The position numbers and the translations under genes are program-made. From positions 48,610,001 to 48,674,000 of the forward strand of contig NC_086108.1 of the NCBI RefSeq assembly GCF_963921235.1: a stretch of DNA of 64,000 bases, written 5' to 3'. The notes under the pieces are model-generated. The model ran no database searches. It was not told the origin of the DNA and worked only from the letters and a program-made list of their open reading frames with translations. Each line of letters begins with the position of its first letter. The stretch's first letter is position 1. The DNA comes from Mobula hypostoma. Taxonomy: Eukaryota. This document shows positions 52,086-64,000 of the stretch, one piece after another.

Positions 52086-54389
52086 CGTCCTCTTTTAAAA
52101 CTCCACAATGTGTTGTATCTTTGGATGCTGAAAAAGCGTTTGACCGAGTCGAATGGAAATATTTATTCAATGTTTTAGAGAAATTTGGCTTTGGTGCTAA
52201 TTTTAATAATTGGATTAAAATGATATATAAAGCCCCTATTGCTACTGTTATCACTAACAATTGCAGGTCTCCTTTTTTTCAGCTTTCACGGGGGACAAGG
52301 CAAGGCTGTCCATTAAGTCCTTTGTTGTTTAATTTAATATTTGAACCCCTTGCTATTGCTCTTCGTGAGGCTAAAAATATCCATGGGATTTTTGTGAATG
52401 AGACCATGCATAAGGTCTCTCTTTACACTGATGATTTATTGGTTTATATATCTAACCCTGACGAATCCATTCCTGCCTTGCTAAAATTATTTAAAGAATT
52501 TGGAGGTTTTTCAGGATATAAAATAAATTTTAGTAGAAGTGAATTGTTTCCTTTAAATTATTCTGTCTCTATATATGATAATACTCCTTTTAAAGTTACA
52601 GACTCTTTTAGATATCTAGGTATTATAATTATTAAAAAATATAAGGATCTTTATAAAGCCAATTTTGTTCCCTTAGTAGACTCTATGAAGTATTTATTTA
52701 GTAGAAGAAGTCCACTTACATTTTCACTTGTTGGTCATATTCATATAGTTAAAATGATGATATTTATTTCAGAATATTCCTGTTTTTTTGACTAGGAAGT
52801 TTTTTGATCGGTTTGATTCTATTATTTTATCTTTTATTTGGAATAATAAAAGACCAAGAATTAGTAAGTGTCATTTACAAAAATTGAAAAAGGATGGAAG
52901 TCTTGCTTTGCCTAATCTAAGAATGTATTATTGGGCTGTTAATGTGTGATATATGTCTTTTTGGTTATACTGAGTTGATAAGAGTGATCGGCCAATGTGG
53001 GTAGACCTGGAACTGAAAGTCGTAAAACAGTTTTATTTAACCTCGTTATTGGGAGTTCCTTTACCTATGCAATTAGTTAAAGTTGTTAATTTAAACGTAT
53101 ATCCTGTGATTAAGTATTCTTTACAAATTTGGCTCCAATTCTGCAATTTTTTTAATCTTAAAAAATTTAAACTTTGTAGTTTAATTTACCAAAATTACTT
53201 TTTTAAGCCTTCTTTGAGTGATCCAATTTTTTACTTTGGAAAAATAAAGGTATTAATTCTTTTTTGGATTTATTTAAAGAAGATAGATTGATGTTTTTTG
53301 AACAATTAATTGATAAATATTCTCTTTCATACTCACACTTTCTGTAATACCTTCAAGTTAGACACTTTTTACAAAAATATTTAAGTAATTTTCCTTACAT
53401 ATTGGAGGCTGACCTGTTAGATACTATTATGAGTATGAATCCTTTGATTAAGGGTTCTATTGGAAGAATTTATAATTTATTATTACAATAGGATAAACGT
53501 CCTTTATCTAAGATTAAACAGGATTGGGAAAAGGAACTTAATTTGACTTTTATGACAGAGGATTGGATGTGGATATTGAAGTTGGTTAACTCTTCTTCAA
53601 TTTATGCTAGCCATTCATTGATTCAATTTAAAATTGTACATTGTTGTCATTTTACAAAGGAGGGACTTTCTAAAATCTTTTCTAATGTTGATAGTCATTG
53701 TGATAGATGTAAAACTGAGATAGCTACACTGACACATATGTTTTGGTCTTGTTCTATATTGGAACAGTTCTGGAAGTCGGTTTTTTCAACAATTTCTAAA
53801 GCACTTAAAATTAATTTACAACCTAATAAATTAATTGTGCTTTTTGGAATAATTCCTCAAGATATTCATGATATTTCTGTGTCTGACCAACATGTTATTG
53901 CATTTGTTACATTGATAGCTAGGAGGGCCATTTTGTTGAAGTGGAAGGATACATCAACTCCCACTTTGTCACAATGGTTCTCTCAAGTGATGCTATGTCT
54001 TAGTTTGGAGAAAATTAGAAGTCAAACCTTTGAACCTTTATTTGATTTTGAGAAAAGATGGGGCTCATTTGCTTGTTATTATCATTTGAGTTAATTGATA
54101 TAATTTTTCCATGATCTAATTGTCAATTTTTGAGCATATTTTCTTTTCTTGCTGGCGGTTTGATGTTTATTTTTAGAAGCTTTTTGTATGACGCATGACT
54201 CTGGGATTGTACACCTAATGGGTTCTTTTTTTCTCTCTCACTTTTCTGCTTAGTAGGTTTTTTTGGTTATCACAAATTTTTTTTCAATCTTTAAGATTTT
54301 TTTTGAGGCATTGTAAGTGTTGTTACTTCAATGTACTCAAGTTATTTTTCTTGTATAACATAACAATAAAAAGATTTGAAAAGAAAGAA
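52086..54389 (+). mobile_element. 5'-truncated L1 (RT to 3' end), no TSD
   Basis: SLDAEKAFDRVEW, GTRQGCPLSP, YTDD and CDRC...HMFWSC motifs; AATAAA and a gaaa-rich tail. Confidence 0.9.
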
Positions 54390-54432
54390 AATATGCCAAA
54401 GTCAGCATGGTTTCCTTTCAGGGAAATCTTGC

Positions 54433-54719
54433 AGAAGGCAATGCAGCAGCCTTGTTAGCTACCGGTGACCAGTGTCCTGTATACGTGCTGGCCTGTGTTT
54501 CATCTTTAACCTGTGTTGCAGTTACCTTTCCATTGCCAGTGCCTGCTGGGGACTGCTTAAAAGTTACTCCCACGCTTCCTCCCATTCTGCAGACAGTACT
54601 ACCACACCACACTTCACTCTCTTTCCCTTTACTGTAACTTCAATTTAATATCTTTTGTTTGTAATTCCTGTTGGCGTCTGACTCCTTTGTGACACATCCT
54701 GAGAGCTGAGGTTGTAACA
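54433..54719 (+). mobile_element. Probable partial LTR (3' part ending gttgtaaca)
   Basis: Non-CR1 segment ending in gtaaca, like the solo LTR at 11578, immediately before the CR1 resumes. Confidence 0.45.
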
Positions 54720-57700
54720 GTGTCATATGGGTCAGTATTGATCTTATTTATCAATGACTTGGATGATAGAATTGATGATTTTGTGGCCCAGTTTATGAAT
54801 ACCACAAAGATAGGTGGAGGGGCAGCTACTGTTGAGGAAGCAGGAAGTCTGCAGAAGGACTTGGACAGATTGGGAGAATGGGCAAAATGTCAGATGGGAT
54901 ACAGTGTAGAGAAGTGTATGGTCATGCACTTTCATAGAAGGAATAAAGGCATAGACTATTTTCTAAAAGGGAACATATTCAGACACCAGAGGTGTAAGGG
55001 GACTTGGGAGTCCTCATGCAGGATTCCCTAAAGGTTAACTTGCAGGTTGAGTCAGTAGTGAGGAGGGCAAATGCTATGTTAGCATTCGTTTCATGAGGAC
55101 TAGAATGTGAAAGCAAAGGTCTAATGCTGAGGCTTTATAAAGTATTGGTCAGACCGCACTTGGAGTATTGTGAGCAGTTTTGGGCCCCTTATCTAAGAAA
55201 AGATGTGCTGACATTGGAGAGGGTCCAGAGGAGATTCATGAGAATGATCCCGAGAATGAAAAAGTTAACAATGAGAAACATTTGATGGCTTTGGGCCTGT
55301 ACTCTTTGGTGTTTGGAAGAACGAGTGGAGATCCCATTGAAACATACTGAAGGTTTAAAGACCCAGACAGAGTGGATATGAATAGAATGTTTCCTATAGT
55401 GGGGTATTCAAGGACCAGAGGGCACAGCTTCAGAAAACAAGGACTTCCCTTTAGAATAGAGATGAGGAGACATTTCTTTACCCAGAGGGTGGTGAATCTG
55501 TGGAATTCATTACCACAAATAGCTGTGGCAGCCAAGTCATTGGGTATGTTTAAAGTGAAGGTTAATAAGTTCTAAATTAGTAAAAGCGTCAAAAGTTATG
55601 AGGAGAAGGCGGGAGAACAGGGTTGAGAGGGAAAGTAAATCTGCCATGAAGGATGGAGGAAAGACATGATGGGTTGAATGGCCTAATTCTGCTCCTATGC
55701 CTTGACATAGATTAAAGGTTAGGAGTAAGAGTTTTAGAGGGGTCATGTGGGGGAACTTCTTCACCAAGAGAGCAGAAAGTACCTGGAATGACCTTACTGA
55801 GAGTGTGATTGAAGCCAGGTCTAGATAGTATTTAAATCTCTTGGGTATAAAGAGCTGCTGATAAGTACTGGGCAATCATATTCGCGCAGAAGGATGTCCA
55901 CTGGTTGGCATGGATTAGTTGAATCAAATGACCATTTCCATGTCGTAAAGTTCTATGATGCACGTACACAGAAAGTGTTTTAATTCGATATGCTGCATGC
56001 CAAGAGGAGCCCAGAGGCTGTCATGATCTTCCAATGAACTTGAGAGAGGCAGATTCAGGAGAGGACAACAGAGATTCTCTCTGAATCTCTGTGGTCATAG
56101 CTGTGCAAGAGACTAAAATTCAAAGGAAATTAAAAGCCCTGGCATCAACCAGACAGGATTCATGCAGATGAACAGGATTCATGCAGATAAACCCAGAATT
56201 ATTTGCATCCAAAGATATTTCTTCGAAAATGATCAATGTTTCAACAGAATGCAACAGCGCAACTGTTATCTTAGAATTATAAGAGTCAGACAGAAGAGCA
56301 ATTCAATCAGACAGGAACGAGGTGCTGAAAAATTAATAAAATTAGTTGTACACAAACACGTAGAATTATGGGATGTATTTGCCATTCCAAAATGCAAATC
56401 AAATGGAGATCTGTAATCTATTAAAAATATATCAAGGTAAATGTAAATCAAAATACCACACCAACAAAAGAGGAAATGGCTTGAACTGAATTCCTGAGTA
56501 CTTTAAAGGAGTCAAGGATTCAGCGGTGTCCAAGATTAAAGAAGACACCAGTGGAAAGGCTGCCAAGTCATTCCAGAGATGGAAGGAGCCCCTGGTCTGC
56601 TGCAGAGAGAGATGCAAAGGTACAGAAAGAATGGTAATGGCAGCCATCACATTAAAGTTAATGTAATCTTTATATTCACACAAATATAGAAATGTTATTA
56701 CCTCCACCTATCAGCATTTCAAAAATTCAGTTTTGAAATAAAAACAGCAAGACCCTATTATTAATATGTACAAACCAAAACTAATTTACAATTCATTATT
56801 GATGAGTTTAAATCAGAAATCATCCTTAACCTCCTTCTTTGCTCCAAGGAAATGAGCCAAAATCATCCATCATCTAAATATTTCCTGTTATTCACACTCA
56901 CCTTTGCACTGTATTGATTTCAAAGTGTCTGTTCAGAAATTCTGCACCCATTAGTAGTAGCAACATAGAATATCTTAAGTTGAAACTTAGATGTTGAAAA
57001 TTCAACATTTTGTTAGCTGAAAACATGGTACATTCATAGACATAACAGGAAATGAATAATGCTTTTGTCTGCCATTTTGCAATGGTACCCATTGAGATTT
57101 GAGCTCATTATTTAATGCTGTGCCAAGTTACATTTCAAATCCTTCCGAGTGTCTCCTAGGAATGTTCACTCAGCAAATGGAAATTCAATTAACATTTCTA
57201 CACATCCTTAGATTGCCAAGTTTGTTCGATGGCTGACTGCTAAGAATGGCCAGTCAGTGAATGGAAAATTTTAAGGATTCAGTGGTTAGCTTCACATGAT
57301 TCATGCAGACCCTGAACTGAAGTCATGTCTGAACATTGACATCTTCTTTTCTGATATTGAAAAATTCACAATATCTCAAGGTCCTGCAGAAGAGTTCACA
57401 TTTGAAAAGCTTATTAAAATTAAACATACAGATCTTGAAGTATTCATCTGGTAACTTCACTTTCCTCATTGATGCAATGTAATAACAGAAGATGGTAGAA
57501 GAATTAATCAGATATCTTGTGTCAGTTATCACTATAACACTACAAGTGACATCCCAGAAATAGTTGTAAATCAGAAACTAACAGAAAGGGTAAATCTCAG
57601 GAAAATTACTACCATCAAGGCAGTAGTATGAAGAAAATTGTTGAAGCTACATTACTTAGAGGTCTCGGGGTCCTGAAAGACATCAGTTATCCTTCTAGTC

Positions 57701-58609
57701 ACTTTTTGTAGAAGATGCATAGAATGATGGGGTTGAGAGGGGAAATACATCAGATCAGATGACTGAGCAGACTCAATAAGCCAAATGATCCCATTCTGTT
57801 CCTATGTCCTATGGCCTTATGATAGCACCTCTCTCATTGGTGCAATGATGACAACAGATTTAGGTGACAGTGAGTATTAAAATCCTTCAACTTCTTTTTC
57901 ATTACCAACTAAATGATATTTTTCACACAAACCAAACTTTCTCTTCAGGTTTTTGTGAATTTTCTTTCAATTATACAAAGCCCAACAACTTTCAATGCAT
58001 TTTTAAAATATCCCAAAGAACTAATTTTTATTGCTTTATTTTGCAATAACCATTGCAACTACCATTTTTGATAGCTGCATTTTTGGTTATATATAACTCC
58101 TTCCGACAAGGGCTACAAGTCTGCAGATGCTTTGGAACTTAAAAACAAACAAGTGCAGAAGGAATTCACAAAAATGGTGCTTTTCAGCTATGAGGAGAGA
58201 CAGGTGAAGCTAGCTCTGTTTCCCCTGGAGTGGAAGTAAAGAGAGGGTCATGACTGAGATATATACAGTAAAAGTTATACGTGGTATAGATGGGGTAGAA
58301 TTCAGAAATCTTTTCAACTTGGAAGCAATTAAAACTAGAGGACAAGTACCTAGGGACTTGTAAGAGTGCTTGTTGACCAAAAAAACTAGTGAGTACAGTG
58401 CTACTGAAGAGAGTCACTAACAGTCTGTTACCAACAGCAGGCTCACTGTACCTTGAGAATACCTTCAGCTCACACTGCTTCGAAACCATGTTAGGCATGG
58501 CTCAGCTGCAGTTTCAGATCATCATTGCTTCCAGACCCACTGGATTGATTTCTGAAGACCTGGATGGACACCACCTCAGAATCTGGTTGCCACATACTCA
58601 GAAGTGACA

Positions 58610-58830
58610 ACTTTCAAAAGACATTAAACCAAAGGTCTTGTCCAGTGGATGCATTAAACACACAAGAAGATGAATAGGATATATTTTTTAAACCTGGTAT
58701 TTGAACCAATATTTGTATCCCAAGTAATGTCACTAGATCACCTGCTTTCAGCTATTCCTCCCTACATTACCATAGTGAAAGGACTTTAAAACCACTGCTC
58801 AGCTGCAAGGTATTGAGAGAAATCATGATG
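58610..58830 (+). mobile_element. Very old Deu-domain SINE relic
   Basis: Motifs gacattaaaccaaagg, ccaatatttgtatccc and cctacattac resemble the Deu-SINE core and tail (recalled similarity). Confidence 0.4.
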
Positions 58831-59359
58831 CAAAAAAATTTCAAATAAAAAAAATATTTAATCCTTTCTTAAAATTAATTTCCTGATCTGAATGAGATGG
58901 ACTTTCTGCCAATGAGGTACAATTACTATTACCAAGGAGTCACCAAGTTAGTAGATTATGGCAGCTTACATTTTTGTACACAGTTCTAATTGGTTCTGTT
59001 TTACATTAAATGTGTTCTAGTTGAATTAAAAGTACTAAGTAAAGTTAATTCAAAGTTATTTCCTCGAAGGATTCTTCGACTAGGTCTTTGGATTTGAAAA
59101 AAAAGATTCCAAGTTATCAACACACAAAGTTGAGTTGGTCAAATGAAATGCTACAAAATAAAAAGCAGAAATCTGATACAGAATGAAGTTTTCTTATGAT
59201 GGGTGAAGTTTTTTTTGCTATTATCAAATATTTGTGTATTGGGCAAAGAAACTAAACCAAACCTGCAAAGTATATTATCCTACATTTATAAAGATGATTT
59301 GAGATCTTGGTTTGAATCTTAATAAAGCAACCAGTCCAATACAAAAGAAAAATATAATG

Positions 59360-60020
59360 AACACACAAAATCAAATAAAAAAGAAAACTAATAGGAACAC
59401 TCAGTTAGCCAGACAGCCTCTGCTGAGGGAGAAGCATAATTCGTTTTTGGATGAACTGGAAAGAGAGATGAAGCAGAGATGAAGATGTGCAGTTACAGGT
59501 AAAGTGAGGAAAGATGAACAAGTGATTTTATGATGGGTGTCGGACAATATTGTTTAAATGTCAAAATGGATGATGCTACACAGTAAAGGGTGTAAAAATA
59601 GGATAAGTAAATATAAGGATGGGTTGGGAGGAAATATGTATGAAAACGTAGAAACAATTGCTCTCCATAAAATGGAGGGATGTGGTTATAACACATGACC
59701 TAATCTCTTCCAGACCAGGGAGACCAAGCACAGTTTCTGGGCTTCCAATCACCATGTTTCCATATAACCCTATCCTCTAACTTGCACACAGGGTTTCACC
59801 AGAACAAAATAAACTCAAGGAACAGTAATTCCCATCTTTTGATTGGGCAGACCTCAGCCTCCCAGATTCCACTGAGAGTCCAATAATTTCATATATAATC
59901 TCTGCTTCTAATTTTCCCCTAGACAGCAGCTGTTGGTAATGATTCTGCTACTTCCAGCATAACTATTTTCCTATTCAATAGCCATATTTACCAATACCTT
60001 GCAACTAATAGCCCTTAACT
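59360..60020. mobile_element. Old Penelope-like remnant
   Basis: Terminal-like motif at ~59390 and plus-strand relics GETK and KLKEQ...LG..QP of the GIY-YIG domain. Confidence 0.45.
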
Positions 60021-61194
60021 ACCTGATCAGCTTGCATGGGCATGCTTATGTGAATATCTATGCCCTAGTTTGCCTGATTTTGGGCTTCTCCTTGAGTAGT
60101 CAATCCATCTTTTTAAAAAATATCATGCGAACAATCCTCTTTCCAGCTAGAGCATTACCTTAATTTAAAGCCTGGTTCAATTTTTCTCAAATAAATGATT
60201 CGTTCCATTTATGGTAACTTTGTTTTTCTTATTATACACATGTTTTCTTCTAATGTGGATGTGAGTTGCAACATATTTGGCACAAAACTGGGAATTGGTG
60301 TGTAATCTTCAAGTTAAAGCCATCTCCAATAATATTCAAGATCAGCCTCACTGAAAACCACATGAATGATTTATTTTAAGAAAGCTATTTCTCAATGTTT
60401 ATGGAGAAAAACTGCCTTCATTGGCAGGATATTGCAATTAGTCTGTTCAGACAGCAATAGGTTAAAAGTTTGACAAATCAGATCTTGTTTGGTCATGCTC
60501 ATCACCTTGCAAAAGACTATAAAAGCAGAGACCTTGAAATTCATATTAATAAAATTTCTTGAGACTCGATTGATATGGTGAGTACTTAAATTGCATTAGA
60601 ATACTGATTCAGTTCCTTTGATTTAAACATTATTTGCCAATGCAACTATTTGTTAGATTCGTTTTTCTGATGATATATTCCTCGCGCATTCTATTTTTTA
60701 AAAAAGTTTTAAGCATTTTATAAGAGGATAATGTTAGACCAAATAAAGTTATTAATTCTGAAAGACTGTCAAAATTCTCCAGGTGAATTGTCTGGCAACA
60801 TAATAGTGACTTTTGAATATATCCTATATACTGGTTATTTAACAATTACATGAAATTAACAAAGATAATGTTAAAAATGCTTTGAAAATATCACAATGTA
60901 TCAGAGCATTTCATATGAATGCATCAAAGAGGTGAGTGCAAGAAAGACCAGTTCAAAAGGACAAACAATTAGCAACGTTAATTCTACCACATTCATTTTT
61001 TTAAACAATTCATTAATTTAACTATTGCTTTCATTTATATTAACACAAATTACAGGAGGAATATTTTCTTAAGGTAGCAATCTTTAAATCTATGATATTT
61101 GCATTTTTGAATTGATGCCCTGAATTCAAATGATTGTCACTAGTTTCAATAAATGATTAGCTTACATATAACGGATAATGATTCTTGAATCAAC

Positions 61195-61390
61195 TGGCAA
61201 AACCCTAATCACTATAGTTTAGTGGGACTATGACTACTTTGACCATTTTGCACTAAAAATCAACTTTGATTTCTTTTGTGTTTTCTTCTACAAATTGTAT
61301 ATAATTTCTGCTTATTTTGTTTTCTTGTGAATGCTGCTGATATGACGCTGTATGCCTGTAATGACGCTGCAAGTATTTCATTGCACCTGT
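61195..61390 (+). mobile_element. Rex-like LINE 3' UTR fragment
   Basis: ttcttgaatcaac...gtgaatgctgc...ctgcaagtatttcattgcacctgt resembles the Rex-type 3' ends in this window. Confidence 0.45.
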
Positions 61391-61911
61391 AAGAATTTAA
61401 TGAGAATGCAGTTTATTAGCAGAATTAGTCATTTTCAGCACAGATTTTACAAATCAGAAATCAGATGCATGTTTTAACTAATGGTAGTCTTCAGTCTAAA
61501 AGAAAAGCCTTAATGAGAAATGGATTAAATCCCACTGAAATATTAGAGCCAGGTTAAATATTAACACAAAGATATATTCCTTTCCAAATGTTCTTAAGGT
61601 TAACAGATTAATTAAGAACGAACAATTCCAAACCTAAAAGATATGATGTTAACTTAAGAGTTACCCATTTCATTGACAATGTTTTTGAATTAAAAACTGT
61701 GATTGAATGACCAACATCAATATGCAGAGCATCATGCCTCCTACAAAGAGGAAAGATATGACAAATGAAAGAATTACTGTGAGTAGCCACTTCAGCACTG
61801 AAGCGTGGAAATTTTAGGAAGAGGAGAAAACTTACACAAATAAAAAAAATGGTTTGTTGAAAAGTCTTACAAACCTTATATTGAGTCAAGTTTTCAATAC
61901 AGAAAAGAATA

Positions 61912-62500
61912 AAAAGTTCAAAGGTTTATTTCATTGTCTAAGAATGCATGTGCAATACAACTCTGATATTTACTTTCTCCAAATAGCCATAAAATACAGA
62001 AAAACCATGGGAGTCGTTGGAAAAATAGATATTAGATATCAACTTACACCCCCAGCACAAAAAAGAAAAAGAAACAAACCTTGCAAACCCCGAAACCCCC
62101 AGAGAGAAAAATAAGCAACAATAACATCAAATTCCCAACTCCCTCCCCTGCTGAAAAACATCAGCAATAACATCAAGTCCACAACCCCCTCCTCCTCAGA
62201 AAAGAAGAGCAACAATACCATCAAAACTTCTGACCCCTCACTCATACATAAAAACTAACAGATCGCCCACACAGAAAACACCATGAATATCAGACCCTAA
62301 ATCCCCAAACCCTCCCTCTCACAAAAACAAACATATTGACCACCTGCAGATCGGCCACAAGAAAGAAAACACCAAAAAACTGAAGACCAATATAAATTAC
62401 AGTCCAATAATCACATAAATCTCAGAATATCGCAAACCTTGTCCCGTCAGCATTCCAGGAAAGCAGTCGGATGAACTCAGTCCTTCAAAAATGAGCAGGC
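61912..62500 (-). mobile_element. Non-coding non-LTR element with a Rex-like tail and internal tandem units
   Basis: aaagttcaaaggtttatt tail and repeated aacatca...ccctcc...gaaaa units. Confidence 0.55.
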
Positions 62501-62554
62501 GATGAAGTTAAGTGAGGCAAATTGTGGGGATGTCATGCTTACTATCACCGTGTT

Positions 62555-62760
62555 CTGTGGTAAATCGCATTCAGTACTCTTGAGTCAAAGGTTTGAGTTC
62601 ACGCCTGTTCCAAGAACTTGAAGACTAAAATGTTGTAACACTTGAATATAATGGCAAGAGTGTGGTCTACTATCAGGGATACCATCTGTCATCTTGTGGG
62701 TGGATATAGAAGACCCCTGAACCTATTAGAAAAAGGAGAGTTCTCCCAATGACCTCCACC
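62555..62760 (+). mobile_element. Deu-domain SINE relic
   Basis: B-box-like gagttcacgcc and Deu-like ggtggatatagaagacccctg...ggagagttctccc. Confidence 0.5.
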
Positions 62761-63169
62761 GCAAGCAGAAATTAGATTTGTGCGAACTTGAACCATAGAT
62801 CATTCACAGATTAACTAAGCATGACACCAAGGATCAGAGTTGATACACCGATTTTAAAAAAGAATTTCTGAGCTAACACACACAATATCGCTAGCTTCTG
62901 TTTCAATGATCAGTAATAGGGAAATCAATTCACTGAAGGTTCCCTTATTGATTAACTATTTTTGTTCAAATCACTCGACCCTTTAACAGTCTTCTCCTCG
63001 CAGTGGCTCCAGTGGTCAAAGCTAAAATAAAATAGCAACTAAGTATCACATGCAGCTCCTTATAGGAAGAACACATCCTATTTGACACTTGCTTGTAGAC
63101 AAAATGCAGCAACGCTGCTTTTAATATATGAAATGACCCAATTATTGCTGTTGGAAATAAATATTACGC

Positions 63170-63697
63170 AATAAAACCCTGAGTACGGTAGACAGAGGGA
63201 TCTGGGAATACAGGTACATAATTTGTTGAAAGTGACATCACAGGTAGATAGGGTCATAAAGAAAGCTTTTGGCACATTGGTCTTCATGAATCAAAGTACT
63301 GAGTACAGGAGATGGGATGTTATATTGAAGTTGTTTGAAGTATTGTGTGTAGTTTTGGTCATCTACCTACAGGAAAGATGTAACCAAGGCTGAAAGAGTA
63401 CAGAAAATTTACAAGGCTGTTGCTGGGTCTGGAAGACCTGAGTTATAAGGAAAGATTGAATAGGTTTTGACTGTATTCTTAAGAATGTAGAAAATTGAGA
63501 GATTTGATAGAGGTATACAAAATTATGAGGGTATAGATAGGGCAAGCAGGCTTTTTCCACTGAGGTTGGATGGTTCTACAACCAGAGGTCATTGATTAAG
63601 GGGGAAAGGTGAGAAGTTTAAGGGGAACATGAAAGGAAACTACTTCACTCAGAAGGTCGTGAGAGTGTGGAATGAGCTGCCAGTACAAGTGGTAGTT
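63170..63697 (+). mobile_element. CR1 3' fragment
   Basis: QRDLGIQVHNLLKV, DLIEVYKIMR, TRGH and FTQKVVRVWNELP motifs. Confidence 0.85.
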
Positions 63698-64000
63698 GAT
63701 CCTTGCTCTCAAGGTTCATCCTTACTCTATGCTAATTGAACTAAATTTAATCAAAATAACAATTGGCCTTTATTACCTTGGATTACACCTCCTTTACCAT
63801 AAACCTTTTCTTCTTTTGTGCAGTTAGAAGTAAATAAGATGGCTAATCCTCAAAATCTCATCACATGGCGAACAATCCTTTTAACAGTATCATCGCTTAG
63901 CTTGCTAAAAGTGATCGAAACTCAAGGTAAGTGATGGATATGAAATAACGTTAACAACAAAATGATTTCATTAAGTTTTTAAGATTGCAGAGATAAAGAC

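Larger units (their letters stand above)
51096..55704 (+). mobile_element. CR1 copy (endonuclease to 3' end) interrupted by an L1 and an LTR fragment
   Basis: VMGDFNM, YFASVFT and RTRGHSF-FFTQRVVNLWNSLP motifs; same family as 24893-28950. Confidence 0.82.
48830..55960 (+). mobile_element. Old CR1 host fragmented by nested insertions (pieces ~48830-49224, 49916-49964, 50770-51095, 55705-55960)
   Basis: RT motifs resume in register, e.g. IHGFLK|VATQV and aactagagga|catagattaaagg (TRG|HRLKV). Confidence 0.65.

Noticed and set aside
56480..57020. Candidate exons (plus-strand open stretch 56490-56620; minus-strand ttttcag...AAG|gtgagt at ~56902-57016)
   Set aside because: Opposite strands, no recognisable protein and no consistent gene model.
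58389..58607. 72-aa ORF in unique-looking DNA
   Set aside because: No motif and no splice context; the length is expected by chance.
1..64000. Prokaryotic systems (CRISPR, retron, defence RT, operons)
   Set aside because: All RT ORFs are CR1, L1, Rex or L2 retrotransposon type. There are no repeat-spacer arrays or operon-like gene density.

Overview
Eukaryotic, AT-rich DNA almost entirely built from nested transposable elements. The repeat repertoire (CR1-type LINEs, a V-domain tRNA SINE, Deu-domain SINE relics, Rex/Babar LINEs, Penelope-like elements, diverse L1 families) points to a cartilaginous fish; this is inference. I found no convincing host gene, rRNA/tRNA gene or CRISPR array, and every long ORF belongs to a retroelement or transposon. 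Main contents: two full-length but disabled L1s with exact TSDs, two truncated L1s, many CR1 copies, Rex/Babar, L2 and RTE-derived elements, one IR/DR-type DD34E Tc1, a TA-flanked MITE, a solo LTR and Penelope-like (GIY-YIG) remnants. Most notable: (i) minimal type I hammerhead ribozyme motifs in the Penelope-like ends, including a 119-bp TSD-flanked mini-element; (ii) a twin-priming-type 5'-inverted L1; (iii) three antisense CR1-into-CR1 insertions whose 5' truncation points fall almost at the homologous position of the target; (iv) an L1-associated deletion; (v) multi-level nests. All boundaries and family calls were read by eye, without database searches.
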